Shown here: in pieces, positions 53,757 through 64,000 of the stretch
Layout of the letters: each line of letters opens with the position of its first letter
Numbering within the stretch: position 1 is the stretch's first letter
DNA from: Takakia lepidozioides
Lineage: Eukaryota; Plantae; Bryophyta
Length of the DNA stretch: 64,000 nucleotides
Assembly (NCBI GenBank): GCA_030704615.1
Contig: CM060734.1
Coordinates: 61,008,001-61,072,000 of the forward strand
Direction of reading: 5' to 3'
Translations under genes and position numbers: made by a program
Notes under the pieces: generated by a model
What the model was told of the DNA's origin: nothing
The model's database searches: none
The model's input: only the letters and a program-made list of their open reading frames with translations

Positions 53757-55119
53757 GACACATTCTCTTGTTTGCAAAATTCCCTACCCTTCTTGCCAAT
53801 TTTAGCCCAAAACTCTCAACAACAACAACAAAACTAAGTCTGCTACTTCTTGAGAAGAAATACCTTGAGCTGAATAACTGGGAACTTGAAGTAGCCCCAT
53901 TTGCCCAGGGGGCTGGGGCAGGAGAAACACTTGGACTGGTACTAGTACCATTGGGTACGACCAGTGGCCGCTGTCGAGCAAATGGATTGGCTTTATCTTT
54001 GGATGGTGTGGTTGAAAAAAGCTGCCTTCTGTTTTTGTGAACCTTCAAGTTCTGCAGGATACAAAGATGACCCCTTGTGAGGCCCAAGAGATGTGGGAAA
54101 AAATTGGACAACAAGAGTTGCATCGCACAAATTTGTGATAAAAGCAAGCTCACCTCGGTGCGCAATGTTAGCACATCCTTAAATTCCTTCGTCGCACTCA
54201 TGAGTCGGCTCTTTAAGTTATCCACAACGGTCATGGAATGCTCATTGCTGTGTTTGGTCTGATTTCCCTCCTCATTTCGGGAGTCACAAAGGACCTGTAA
54301 GTCGGAAATTGCTGCATTCAGGGCCGTAATGTCCTGCTTGACTACAGCAGTGAGTTCTTGAATCTCTAAAGCTGGGTCGTCAAACATTCCAGTCCTTTTT
54401 GCCACTGCAATGAAACAAGGACAGGAGAAAAGATCAGTATAGTTTAAAACACGGGTAACTGCGTTGGTTGTACAGCAATATTCCTCTATTCCTGCTTGAA
54501 TTATGTCCATCATGTCCATGTGAACATACCACCGGCAAAGAGAAGCATATGATACAGCATTACTCTTAAAGTTACATTTTTTTTCTATCAGCCAATTCAC
54601 CTTCTCGTAACCCTAACGACCATTGCAAGGGGACAGTAACTATGCTCCATGTGCTCCCACCACACTCACAATGCAATTGACATACTTATCTTTCTTCCAA
54701 GAAAACATGCGAGTAAGACAATGGTCAAAAGTCGTGCAGCTGGCTAGCTCTAATCCATTGCAGCTATGAAGAACCAGCACGTTTGGCTACGTCAAAAGAG
54801 AAACGCTGCAGAGGAAATATCGAAAAATCTCCACGGAAATCTACATACACTTTGCCAGTTTTGCTAGCTTTTGAGACGTTTGATGGATGCTGAGACCAAT
54901 CCGTGAGGCCCTTCTGTTGAACTCCGACTGCATAGAACCTGAGGGCTGGGGCCCCAGTAACCGCGCTGACTCCGCAGTTCCATTGGTAGCAGGCACCGAG
55001 GAAGAAGTAGACTGTACAGAAAATGCTTGTGTCTTCCGCAACCTGTCAGCAATGGCATGAAACTCCGAGGTTCGATCTCTATCCGAGGAGGGAGGCGTGG
55101 ATCCCACAGACACAGGCAT
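52344..55119 (-). CDS. SYP32: Golgi Qa-SNARE syntaxin of the SYP3 (SYP31/32, Sed5/syntaxin-5) family
   Basis: N-terminal RDRTSEF motif, SEFNRRASRIG...KLAKLAKR, FDDPALEIQELT, SNARE domain SYLQNRAEALQNVESTIVELSNIFTQLANMVAQQGE|RIDEN and a C-terminal TM segment. Exons ~54850-55119, 54154-54405, 53863-54052, 53103-53301 and 52344-52503. Confidence 0.93.
53700..53753. repeat. (CT)n microsatellite in a syntaxin intron
   Basis: About 27 uninterrupted CT units. Confidence 0.97.
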
Positions 55120-56009
55120 GCTTCTTCCTCTTTCCGCTGCCCCTAAATAAAAATATCCCCAGAACGCAGCACCCTTGCACCATACAAACACCTGTGCTCC
55201 CAGGCCTTGGCCCTCCTAGGTGCGAGATCTGCCAAAGAACGGGCTATCTCTGCGCCTGAAATCAGAATGCCTTCAAATGACACCCCCCCCGGAACATAAA
55301 GCACCTATGTTGCATCTCTGATTGTGTTTCACCTCCTACAAGCCAGATCCACCCGCCTCAGAGTCTGTCTCCCTCAAATCCGAACACGAGACACGTAGAA
55401 TCGACCGCAATTCGCAGGTCCGATGGTTGGAAGGCTCTTGGGCAGAATGCTTGGCATGATCAGGCGGCCCCGCGCTGGTCTGCTGTTCAGCGTCGCGAGG
55501 CTGCAGGGCGCCAATAATGGATCGCTGCCACGTTCTTTCTTCCTTCCTCCCCTGGATGAATGTCGAACGGATGAACGTGGGGATGCGAGTGGAAGTCCTC
55601 ACGACACGGATGGATGAACCGGAAGGACTGCCTGTAATGGAGCAGGCTCTCGATGATGATAATCTCACTGGAAGGATGACTTTGTTCTTTTGTTTTTGTT
55701 TTAAGGGGGGAACCCCCTTTTCCCAGAAATATTTTAAGAAAAAACCAGTATTTTTTTCAATTTAAAACAAAATTAAAACCCTCAACCGGAGTCAGGCTCA
55801 AGTCCTGCGCACATGACCAAAAAACGGGGCTGATCCGCTGGAAAAGTAGGCTGATCCGCCCCTCACACCGCTTCCCCGCGCTGATAGCGATATTCGCCCA
55901 CCCTGATGGCTAAGCTTGCAAGCTGATCCGCCGGATAAAAGTAGATGAAAACAAATAACCTTTTAGATGAAAAACAAAAGTTATTTTTCATGTTAAAACA
56001 AATATTAGT

Positions 56010-57129
56010 ACGTTATTTTTCTTCATATTGTGACCTACATTAACATTTGGGGTTGTAGAATGTCGAGAATTTATGCCGTATGGGTGTGTGATGGCTTGTT
56101 GGAAAGCTAGGTTGACTCTAGGATGTTGTTTCCCATCAATTGAGTGATAACAAAAGAAGTTATGCGCAAAAAACCAAGTGGAGCTTGAAGTAGTTTGTGT
56201 TTCTTCATACAACAACTTGCATTCACATTTGGGCTTGTAGAATGTTGAGATTATATGCAGTAAGTGTGTGTGATATCTTGTTGGAAATCTGGCTTGATTC
56301 TCCAGCTCTAGGATATTGTTTCACATCAATCGAGTAAGACCAAAAGAAGTTATGCCCAGAACACCATGATGCAGCTTGCAGTGCTTTGATTTTCTTCATA
56401 CTATGACCTGTGGCATTGTAAAATGTTGAGATTTTATGCAGTATGGGTGTGTGATATCATTTTAGAAAACTTCCTTGATTATACACCTCTGGAATGTTGT
56501 TTCATCTGAATTCAGTAAGACCACAAGTAGTTATGCCCAGAAAACCGAGACCCACCTTGAAGTACTTCGATTTTTTTCATGTTGTAATCTGCATGCACCT
56601 TTGGGCTTATAAAATGTAGAAATTTATGCAGTATGGGTGTATGATATCATTTTACAAAGCTGATTATACACCTTTGGGATTTTGTTTCATCTCAATTGAG
56701 TAAGACCACAAGAAGTTATGCCCAGAAAACCGAGGCCTAGCTTGAATTACTTTGATTTTCTTCATGTTGTGACCTACATTCACCTTTGGGCTTGTAGAAT
56801 GTTGCGATTTAATGCATAATGGGTGTGTGATATCATTATGCTAATCTGGCTTGATTCTCCAGCTTTGAGATTTTGTTTCACCTCAATTAAATAAGACCGC
56901 AAGAAGTTATGGCTAAAAAACCGAGGCCCAGCTTGATGTACTCTGGTTTTCGTTGAAATGTGACCTCCTCTCACATTTGGGATTGTAGATTGTTGTGAAT
57001 TCATGCTATATAATATTGTAATGTCCTTTTGGAAAGCTGGCTTGATTTTCCAGCTTTGAGTTTTTGTTTAACCTCAATTGAATAAGACCACAAGAAGTTA
57101 TGGCCAGAAAACCGAGGTCCAACTTGAAG
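56010..57129. repeat. Degenerate tandem array, about 6 units of ~182-190 bp
   Basis: ttgggcttgtagaatgtt...atgcagtatgggtgtgtgatatc...gagtaagaccacaagaagttatgcccagaaaaccgag recurs, with unit anchors near 56047, 56229, 56411, 56601, 56787 and 56977. Confidence 0.88.
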
Positions 57130-58470
57130 CATCAAGTGGGCTCCCACCTTCACCATCTTTGGTGACTCTCCTCCAACTGCCATGTCGATCAACTGCGTCG
57201 TTGGTTCCGATGTGAAACACGACCTCGGCTCAAATCGAGATCCGTTTGATCCCTACTACAAATAAGGAATGTAGGGGGAGTTACGTTTCATGACATCCCT
57301 TTCTAGGTCGACCTCCTCTGCAATTCTCATATCCAGAATCTTGCCGTTTTCGTCCTGGGGAATCTCCTGTTCCTGCAGACCAACCAGTTCGGCGGATATG
57401 GAAAAAGTTCGGTCAATGACTCGAACTCCGGAAGTGCCTCGGTTGATACCGAGTGTACCATCACTTCCCTGCCTTGGTTTTCTCCAAACAACTAGGCGAT
57501 GCAGTCTGCATCAGACTCGCATTCATACAATCCTGGTCCTAGAGACTTGACTGCGTCTTCTAGTCCTACCTTTCTTCGCTTAACCTCCCTGTGAGGTGCG
57601 GTAGCTATTGATAAAACTCGGTGGGCATGCGAGGTGGGGAGGAGCTCTCCCTCTGACCACAAATCCTCTTCACTCAAGTCTGCAGACTCCTCTTCAGAGC
57701 CAATCATGCTGAGCTCATCTTCATCCGTTTCTTCGTGAGGTGCTCCAGAAAAAAATGCAACAGTAGTAGTGTAAGGTCTTACCCTATAAGTAATGGTGCC
57801 TGCCCCCCAGTCCGTTTGTGTCCTGGACTGGACCAACCATGGCCTCCCTAATAGGAATGCATATGAATATTCGTCAATGGGGAAGTCTATGATTTGGAAG
57901 TCTACTGCATACGTGTAGCCTCCTGTCTTCATCTTGACATTTGTTATGTGACCCACTGGTCGGATCTTCCGCTGGTCAGCTAGCCTGATTGTTAGAGGGG
58001 ATTCCCCTGTCATGTTCAAACCCAGTTTGGATAGAGTCGGAACGGCATGATGTTGACTGAGCTCCCATCATCCACTACACAACGCCGTATGAATTGGTCA
58101 GCAATTTCCACTTCTAGCTCTACTGGTCCTGGGTCGATGTGAGCATTGATATGATGGGCCTGAGCAGAAATGCTTACTCGCTTCCTTACCAATGATGCCT
58201 TAAGAGTGTGGCGGACTGTGGGCACCATGGCTATGAGCTGCGCAAACGTAATGTTTGCTTGAATATGGCGAAGATCCTCCATTAGATTGTACGGTTCCAG
58301 CTCGTTTGTGAACTGCATGGTTGAATGCATCCTCCTCCTGGGAAGCTTTTCTGATGTCGCCGGCCGATTTGCCGGACTCTTCGCTCTTGATACAGGGGGT
58401 CGAGAAATGGTTGGTCGGACTATTGGAGGTTCCGCCTCTGTGAATGTTACCTCCTTTTCTTTCAACGACG
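57130..58470 (-). mobile_element. Ty3/gypsy-like LTR retrotransposon relic (gag-protease region, pol largely deleted)
   Basis: YNLMEDLRHIQANITFAQL, aspartic protease VVDDGSSVNIMP, IRLADQ...PVG and FLLGRPWL. Frameshift near 58030. A purine-rich tract is followed by TGATG on the minus strand at 57134. Confidence 0.8.
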
Positions 58471-58475
58471 CTACC

Positions 58476-58700
58476 GCGTGAGCATGAGCGTGAGCGTGCG
58501 CTCACGCTATGCTGACATGGCGTGAGTGTAGGTGACCAGCAGCTCATGTGGCGTGAGCGCCGGCTCACGCTGACGTGGCGTGAGCATGAGGGTGATGTGG
58601 CATGAGCGTGCTGACATGGCAGTGAACAACGTGATGTGGCAGTCATCATGCCTACGTGGAAGTCCACGTGTCCACGTGGGATTCGGCCAACGTGGCGGAC
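58476..58700. repeat. Cluster of short GCGTGAGC and TGA(C/T)(A/G)TGGC motifs, probably the MULE end region
   Basis: Multiple copies, with local palindromes such as agcgtgagcgtgcgctcacgct. It lies exactly where the gypsy ORF is cut off. Confidence 0.6.
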
Positions 58701-58906
58701 GCAACATAAACATGTAGCACCTATAGCCGAGGCACCTATTGTCGTGGCATTCATTCAGGGTAATTAGAATACGCAAACACCGGAAATGGGAAACCGGAAA
58801 CAAATCCACGCATGCTTATCCATCCCATTTATGTTGCATTGATCACACTATTAAAATGGCACACATTCAGTTGTGGTAATTGAATTGGACGAAAGTCAGC
58901 TTCTTC

Positions 58907-61900
58907 CTATGTGCTTTTATCCCACTGCATAAGTGTATTCACCTCGTTGAAACTCATGGTGGCCTGGTGAATGAAGATGTTGCGTTTGGGATCACAAATC
59001 ATTCTATTCAAGAAGATAAAATAAAGATGCTTGCAGGGTACAAATTTGCCTCTCTTTCCCAAACTTGTTGAAAGCATGCCAACAAAATCAGGACAGGTGC
59101 AGTTGGGGAAATTTGAAACTGTGATGTCGTAGAATCTGTCATGGATAACAGATGTAGAGGTCATCATAGTATAGATCCGACCATACCCGGGATCTGCAAC
59201 TTCCGTAGTGCCTGCAACACGTCCTAGAAGCATTCGAGCGGATCCCACCTTGCCGAAGTGCTCGGCAGTTGGAGGGAAACGACGTACTACCTTCCCATTT
59301 CTTTTTGTTGGCCATGCATCTGGGTTGGCTGGTGGCACTCTAGAACTTCCTGAAGTGGAAGCACTTGCACGCACAGAGGCTTCTCGCTGAAGGGAGAACC
59401 CTGCCTCCTCCAACATTGCAATCTCCTGACTTGTGAGATGTGTCCCCACCTTGACTGGCCAAACGGTCGGTGGAGGAGGCTTCATGACCACTGATGGTCG
59501 CACGGTCCCACGCACGCACCTACCATAGTCGTCAGCGCAGAACCAGAATTTATGGTTTTTTGCCTCTGACTGCCCATAAGGCTGGAACAAACTGTTGAAG
59601 GTCGGTGCTGGAGTGCGGGCACTGCCTCTGGATGTGAAGGACTTGCACTTCTCACGATTGGTGGCTCTGATTGCGGAGCACTTCACTCAAGACCCAGCTC
59701 TCGTGCGTTCTATATGCCACACTTCGTCGGAGCAGGTGGACTCCACCACAGGCGAGAGCAAGTTTGACTCATTGAGAGTGGGAGATGTTGGCATACTTTG
59801 TGAGAAACGTTGCTCCGCACTGGATATTCCAGAGACAAACCTCTCATGTAATGGAACATGCGGAATGGAGAAGTTGTCCCTGTCCGCCTTGTGTGAGTTT
59901 GCATCCGACCTAGGAGGGGTGTTCAATTTCCGTTTACATGACCCGAATCTCTCCTCGCCCTCCAGATGGGGAACTCTGGACACCAGAGGAGTTCCCTCTG
60001 CACACATGCTGACAGCTCTGGCAATCTTGTTTGGATCCCCCGATCTTTTTGCAGCTCGCAACATCCACTCAGACTTGTCAGGGCCTTTGCCACCAATGCC
60101 ACCCCTCAAGAAATCGCGATATCTCATTTGTTGCTGCAGAGCTCGGATGAGATCATCTGCCGTCGCCAGATACAAATCTCGCCCCCCCTTTCCAGACTGC
60201 TGCAACCATGCATTGTGCACTGTCTCCGCTAGATTGCAAGAGGGCATGTCCGCCATCTCCTCAATTGACAAGTGCTGCAGAAAAGGGAAAACACACATCA
60301 GGACAGACAGGTACACCCCATGTCAGCAGACATGATTGGAAATGTATACAAAGCCAATGAGAATACATGATCTGAAATTCAGGTACCGTTGTCATGCATG
60401 CTCCCCATTGTCTGTACCGGAAGTGCCAACATGCTAGCCAGTCTTCCAGCGCTCTCATACTGTCTTCTGATACAGCCCCAAATGAGAACCACCAGGCACG
60501 AATCGACTAGAACAACGTATTCGCCTCCGCCATGCTTTTGGCATCTTTGCACTGTTTGCATAGTTTAAGATGAATCGCCCGCATGTCCGGTCTGATGTTT
60601 GCCTTAGTATGTTTCTCAAGGGACTGCGTCCAATGGAAAAGACATGTTCGCTCTCTTCCTGGCATTGGCACTTTTGGATCTCCTGAGCCGAACACAATGC
60701 GAACAGCATTGAAATTTGCTTGAGCACTGTCGGCCATAAAACCAGCAAAATTTGGGGATGGGACACCATGGGATGCCATCACGCGAATGAGACATCTCCA
60801 CATAAGCTACTGCGACTCCGCATCCTCCGATTGCATGTCACACACTGCAATAGACATGACTCGTTGGTAGAAAGGATCGTAAACATGGCACGCCATTGTT
60901 GTCCAATCTTTCACTCGTTTGACGTGATCAAACATAAGGAAACAGTTCTGCAGATCGCCATCTTTTTGCATGCGCTTGACAAGGCTCACTCCGCTGCCCT
61001 CCCCTGCTGTTGACATTTTGAAATTGTACACTTTGTTGGATCCTTGACCTAGGAACACGCTGTCTTGAATGTAGTCGTACATGCTCCGAGATTTCAATTC
61101 CAAAATGTTATCAATATACCGTCTGTTTGCAGAGCCCATCCTCAATGCATTCACCTGGTTTTTAATGTTCGGTGAGCTCAAGGTTGAGAAGTGATCCATA
61201 ACATTGTCCAAGGCATGCCCATCCAGCTTCCTGCCCACAGAGTCCCCTACACTCAGAATATGGATTTCCAGGAAACTCTTGCTTGCTCCAAGCACAATTG
61301 CGGAGGTGGTGGCTGTTGGATTGCTCTCATACTCCTGTCTTATCAACTTGGATATTGTTTGAACACTCTCCCTGCAATCCCCCTTCGCCACAAGATGGTT
61401 GTGGAATCCGAAATGTACACAGGCTCTAGTCATGTTTTTCAAACGGTGAACAACATAGTACTTGTGTGCTGCACACACTGCCAGACAGGAAGGCGCTTGT
61501 TTGCAGAACTTGCAAACGAAAGTGTTGGAACTTAGAGGTGCCTCACCAGGTTTGAATGGATTTTCGGCGACACCCTCCCACTCGCACTGGTTGTGAACCT
61601 TGAACCGTTGGAAATGCCTACAATTCAAATTCTCGCACATGAGGTGCCCATTGCACAGGCTTCTCCGGAAGACGAGGTTGTCATGATTTTGAATATTGGA
61701 TGTCTTCGTTCTGCACCATGGGTGTCCATCTCCTCTCTTGTCTATTCCCTGCATGAGGCTAGTGACGGGTCCATCCTGCCCAGGTGGAGGTAGCTCAAAG
61801 ACGACATCCCCATCATAAGCATTTGGCAGGAACTCCACACACTCAATATGGACTGTTTCCCAGTCAATCCCCCGCAATTCACTCTGGAAACGGGGCATTC

Positions 61901-62396
61901 CTCCCATTGACTTCAGTTTAGGAATGACACTGATGAGCTGTGTTACTTCCGGTTTGACGACAGGCGGTGTTTGCACATAAATTGGGATGTTGGGAATGTC
62001 CTCAGAGGAGTTTGAGAGCTCAACTATTGGGGTGGAAGTAGGGGTCTCCGTCTTCACGACGATATTCCTTTTCTCTTGAGAAACAGAACCAGCTGTTCCC
62101 GGGGAGACATACGAACCACTGGACTGCCGCCGAGGAGCTCCCACGACCCTGTATCTTCCTGGAGGCACTCTCCACTGACTCACAAGAGAATTATCATCCG
62201 GTTTCTGAAATGAGTACTTGATCAACTTCCCATGCACATCGTAGACCTTTTTTTCGAGGAAAACAGTGCCAATCTGGTACTCGAAACGCGTTGCCAGGAG
62301 ATGCTCATGCGCAATTGCGTAACCATTGGAATCAGCATCCTTCGAGAAAGGGATAGGCTTCTCCGTAGAGTAAAACTCCGCTTCAGTCGAACCCAT
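58907..62396 (-). mobile_element. Mutator-like (MULE) transposase pseudogene with a GCM-like Zn domain and SWIM finger
   Basis: Cys/His-rich N-domain (CNGHLMCENLNC...CKFC...HFGFHNH), FDHVKR, FMADSAQA, CLFHW (CxxH), NLAETVH and SWIM CTCPDF...CKH. One frame with three in-frame stops and a probable intron at ~60277-60387. Confidence 0.82.
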
Positions 62397-63012
62397 GGTG
62401 GAGGACGACTAATTCCGAGGTAGACGGAGCTCGAAAGTGGAGAGGCCCACAACTCCCGTGGATATCTTTCATCAATACATGACAGACAGTTAAAGGGTCC
62501 TTGAAGAACAATTGTGTAAACAGTTGCTAAAACAGATGTGAAACAGTTACGTGCCTACCCACACCCAGTGCAAAAGACGGCTAAGCCGGAAAATCTGGGA
62601 TATGTTATGTTTCCAGGCACGTGGGCCCAGACATTGCATTCATAGCACGGCTGCCAGAATGGGTGCAGAACCAATGAGAAGTTCTGAACCGCCGAAATGC
62701 AAAAATCAACTTGCACATGTATGGACATCGAATCCAGGGTATGGCCATACGGACACAAGAGGTGACGGCGTCCAGTGCCAAATGCACAAATGTTTCTGTG
62801 CTACGTGGACACGTGTGAGGTGAACCCATGCATAACCGTCGCAAGCGTTGCCCTGCCTGCATCCCCTCGCACAACATTTTTGGGCCCAGCTGACCCTCAT
62901 TTTCAAGCTGGAGACTAGTAGGAGACTCAGTTCCCACCGAGAGAGCGGCAGGCATAGAAGGCAGTCTTTTTTTTTCACCTTAGCGCGAGAGAGGAAGAGG
63001 GCGAGAGAGAGA

Positions 63013-63318
63013 ATGAGAGGTCGCAAGATCGAGTTGACGCTGCAAGAGATAACAGAGGAGAGTTCGGCCCTGGAAGCAGAACACATGACGGTGCAAGACC
63101 AGGTGGTCGGAGCTGCCGAAGGAGGGGATGAAATACCATCAGATAGCAACACAGAGGATATGGACACAGAGGAGCCCGACGCTGTTGCTAAGGAGCCCAC
63201 GCCAAAGGGGAAGAGTGTTGTTGAGAAGGAGGCGACTCCGAAGAGGAAGCAGGCTGCGCAGACCTCCATTGCCGCTGCAACCAAGGCTTCAGGGAGTGCA
63301 CCCCCGAAAGCACCGCAG
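63013..63318 (+). CDS. First exon of an unknown acidic/Lys-rich protein, divergent from the transposase (likely a transposon accessory gene)
   Basis: ATG after a GA-rich leader. MRGRKIELTLQEITEESSALEAE...EDMDTEEPD...TPKRKQ ends at a CAG|gttatg donor. No recognisable domain. Confidence 0.45.
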
Positions 63319-63359
63319 GTTATGATCTTCCTTCTTGTATTCTGCTACAGTTTGAAGGG

Positions 63360-63935
63360 CATGAAATTGCGTGCACTGACGCATGCAATTTCATGCCCTG
63401 CATTATTGTCTTTTTCCACTTCAGAGTGGAGTGACGGACATCAACGTGGGCTACATAGCAAGGCCTTTGAGAGCACCTCCTGAAAATTGCGTGCGTCAAC
63501 GCACGCAGTTTCTGGAGGTGCTCTCAAAGCCACTTTCTGCACTCAGCATCTCTAAATGGAGCTATCAATAGAGGGAGATGGGCTGCATTATTCGTTTACT
63601 GATATCAGCTACAGAAATCTCTGAATGTCCCTAAAAGAAACCCCAGAAATTGCGTGCGTCAACGCACACAATTTCGGAGGGTGCTCTTAGGGACACGCAG
63701 AGCTCTAAACAGATCTGACGAGAAACTCTTCATCGCACCCTCCGAAACTGTGTGCGTTAACGCACGCAATTTCTGTGGGTTCTCTGAAGGACATTCTCCT
63801 GAGTATCGGTCTGTCATTTTTGAGATCAATGCACATGCGTATCTTGAAGTTGAAGAGAGGATGTACAGTCTGTAGGGGCTTCTGGAATGCGTACGTCAAC
63901 GCACTCAATTTCAGAGGGTGCTGTTATGGACATCC
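63360..63935. repeat. Five dispersed palindromic (hairpin) repeats
   Basis: Core aaattgcgtgcgtcaacgcacgcaatttc near 63364, 63484, 63647, 63745 and 63886. Confidence 0.85.
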
Positions 63936-64000
63936 AGAGCTCTAAACAGATCTGAAAGGTCGAATGTGTGAGCACAAGAAGATCGTCTGAAATCCACGGG

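Noticed and set aside
55120-55191. N-terminally extended syntaxin isoform
   Set aside because: The extension has a non-ATG start and crosses a likely 5'UTR intron acceptor (tatttag).
59687-60809. Stops repaired by U-to-C RNA editing
   Set aside because: Such editing is known from organelles. This is a nuclear transposon, where methyl-C deamination is the simpler explanation.
63360-63935. CRISPR-like array of palindromic repeats
   Set aside because: Eukaryotic context, irregular spacing, spacers partly repeat each other, and no cas genes.

Overview
Gene-dense eukaryotic nuclear DNA from a non-seed land plant (bryophyte or lycophyte grade). This is inferred from a HIP-type aquaporin, a long PLS-DYW PPR gene and GT-AG introns. 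Genes, left to right: NOT3 (minus, runs off the left edge), a Ulp1/C48 SUMO-type protease, PSB27, a PLS-E-DYW PPR gene, plastid RPL28, a HIP aquaporin, a ~20 kb APC1 gene and a SYP3/Sed5 syntaxin. The right end is a repeat block: a ~185-bp satellite, a Ty3/gypsy gag-protease relic, a decayed MULE/SWIM transposase and hairpin repeats. The main finding is that two short upstream exons missed by the ORF track splice in frame onto the PPR-DYW ORF. They complete an OSB-type PDF ssDNA-binding motif (LWQDFFSDTSKWWDNRFGK|KSPRSPDFRHKRTNEVLWI...PPWV), giving a predicted PDF-motif + PPR + cytidine deaminase fusion. That locus sits between a PPR E-domain relic and a 2.8-kb genomic copy of part of APC1. 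One LINE family has inserted 6-7 times, always in introns, always sense to the host gene and at TC-rich sites. All gene models are manual readings without transcript data.
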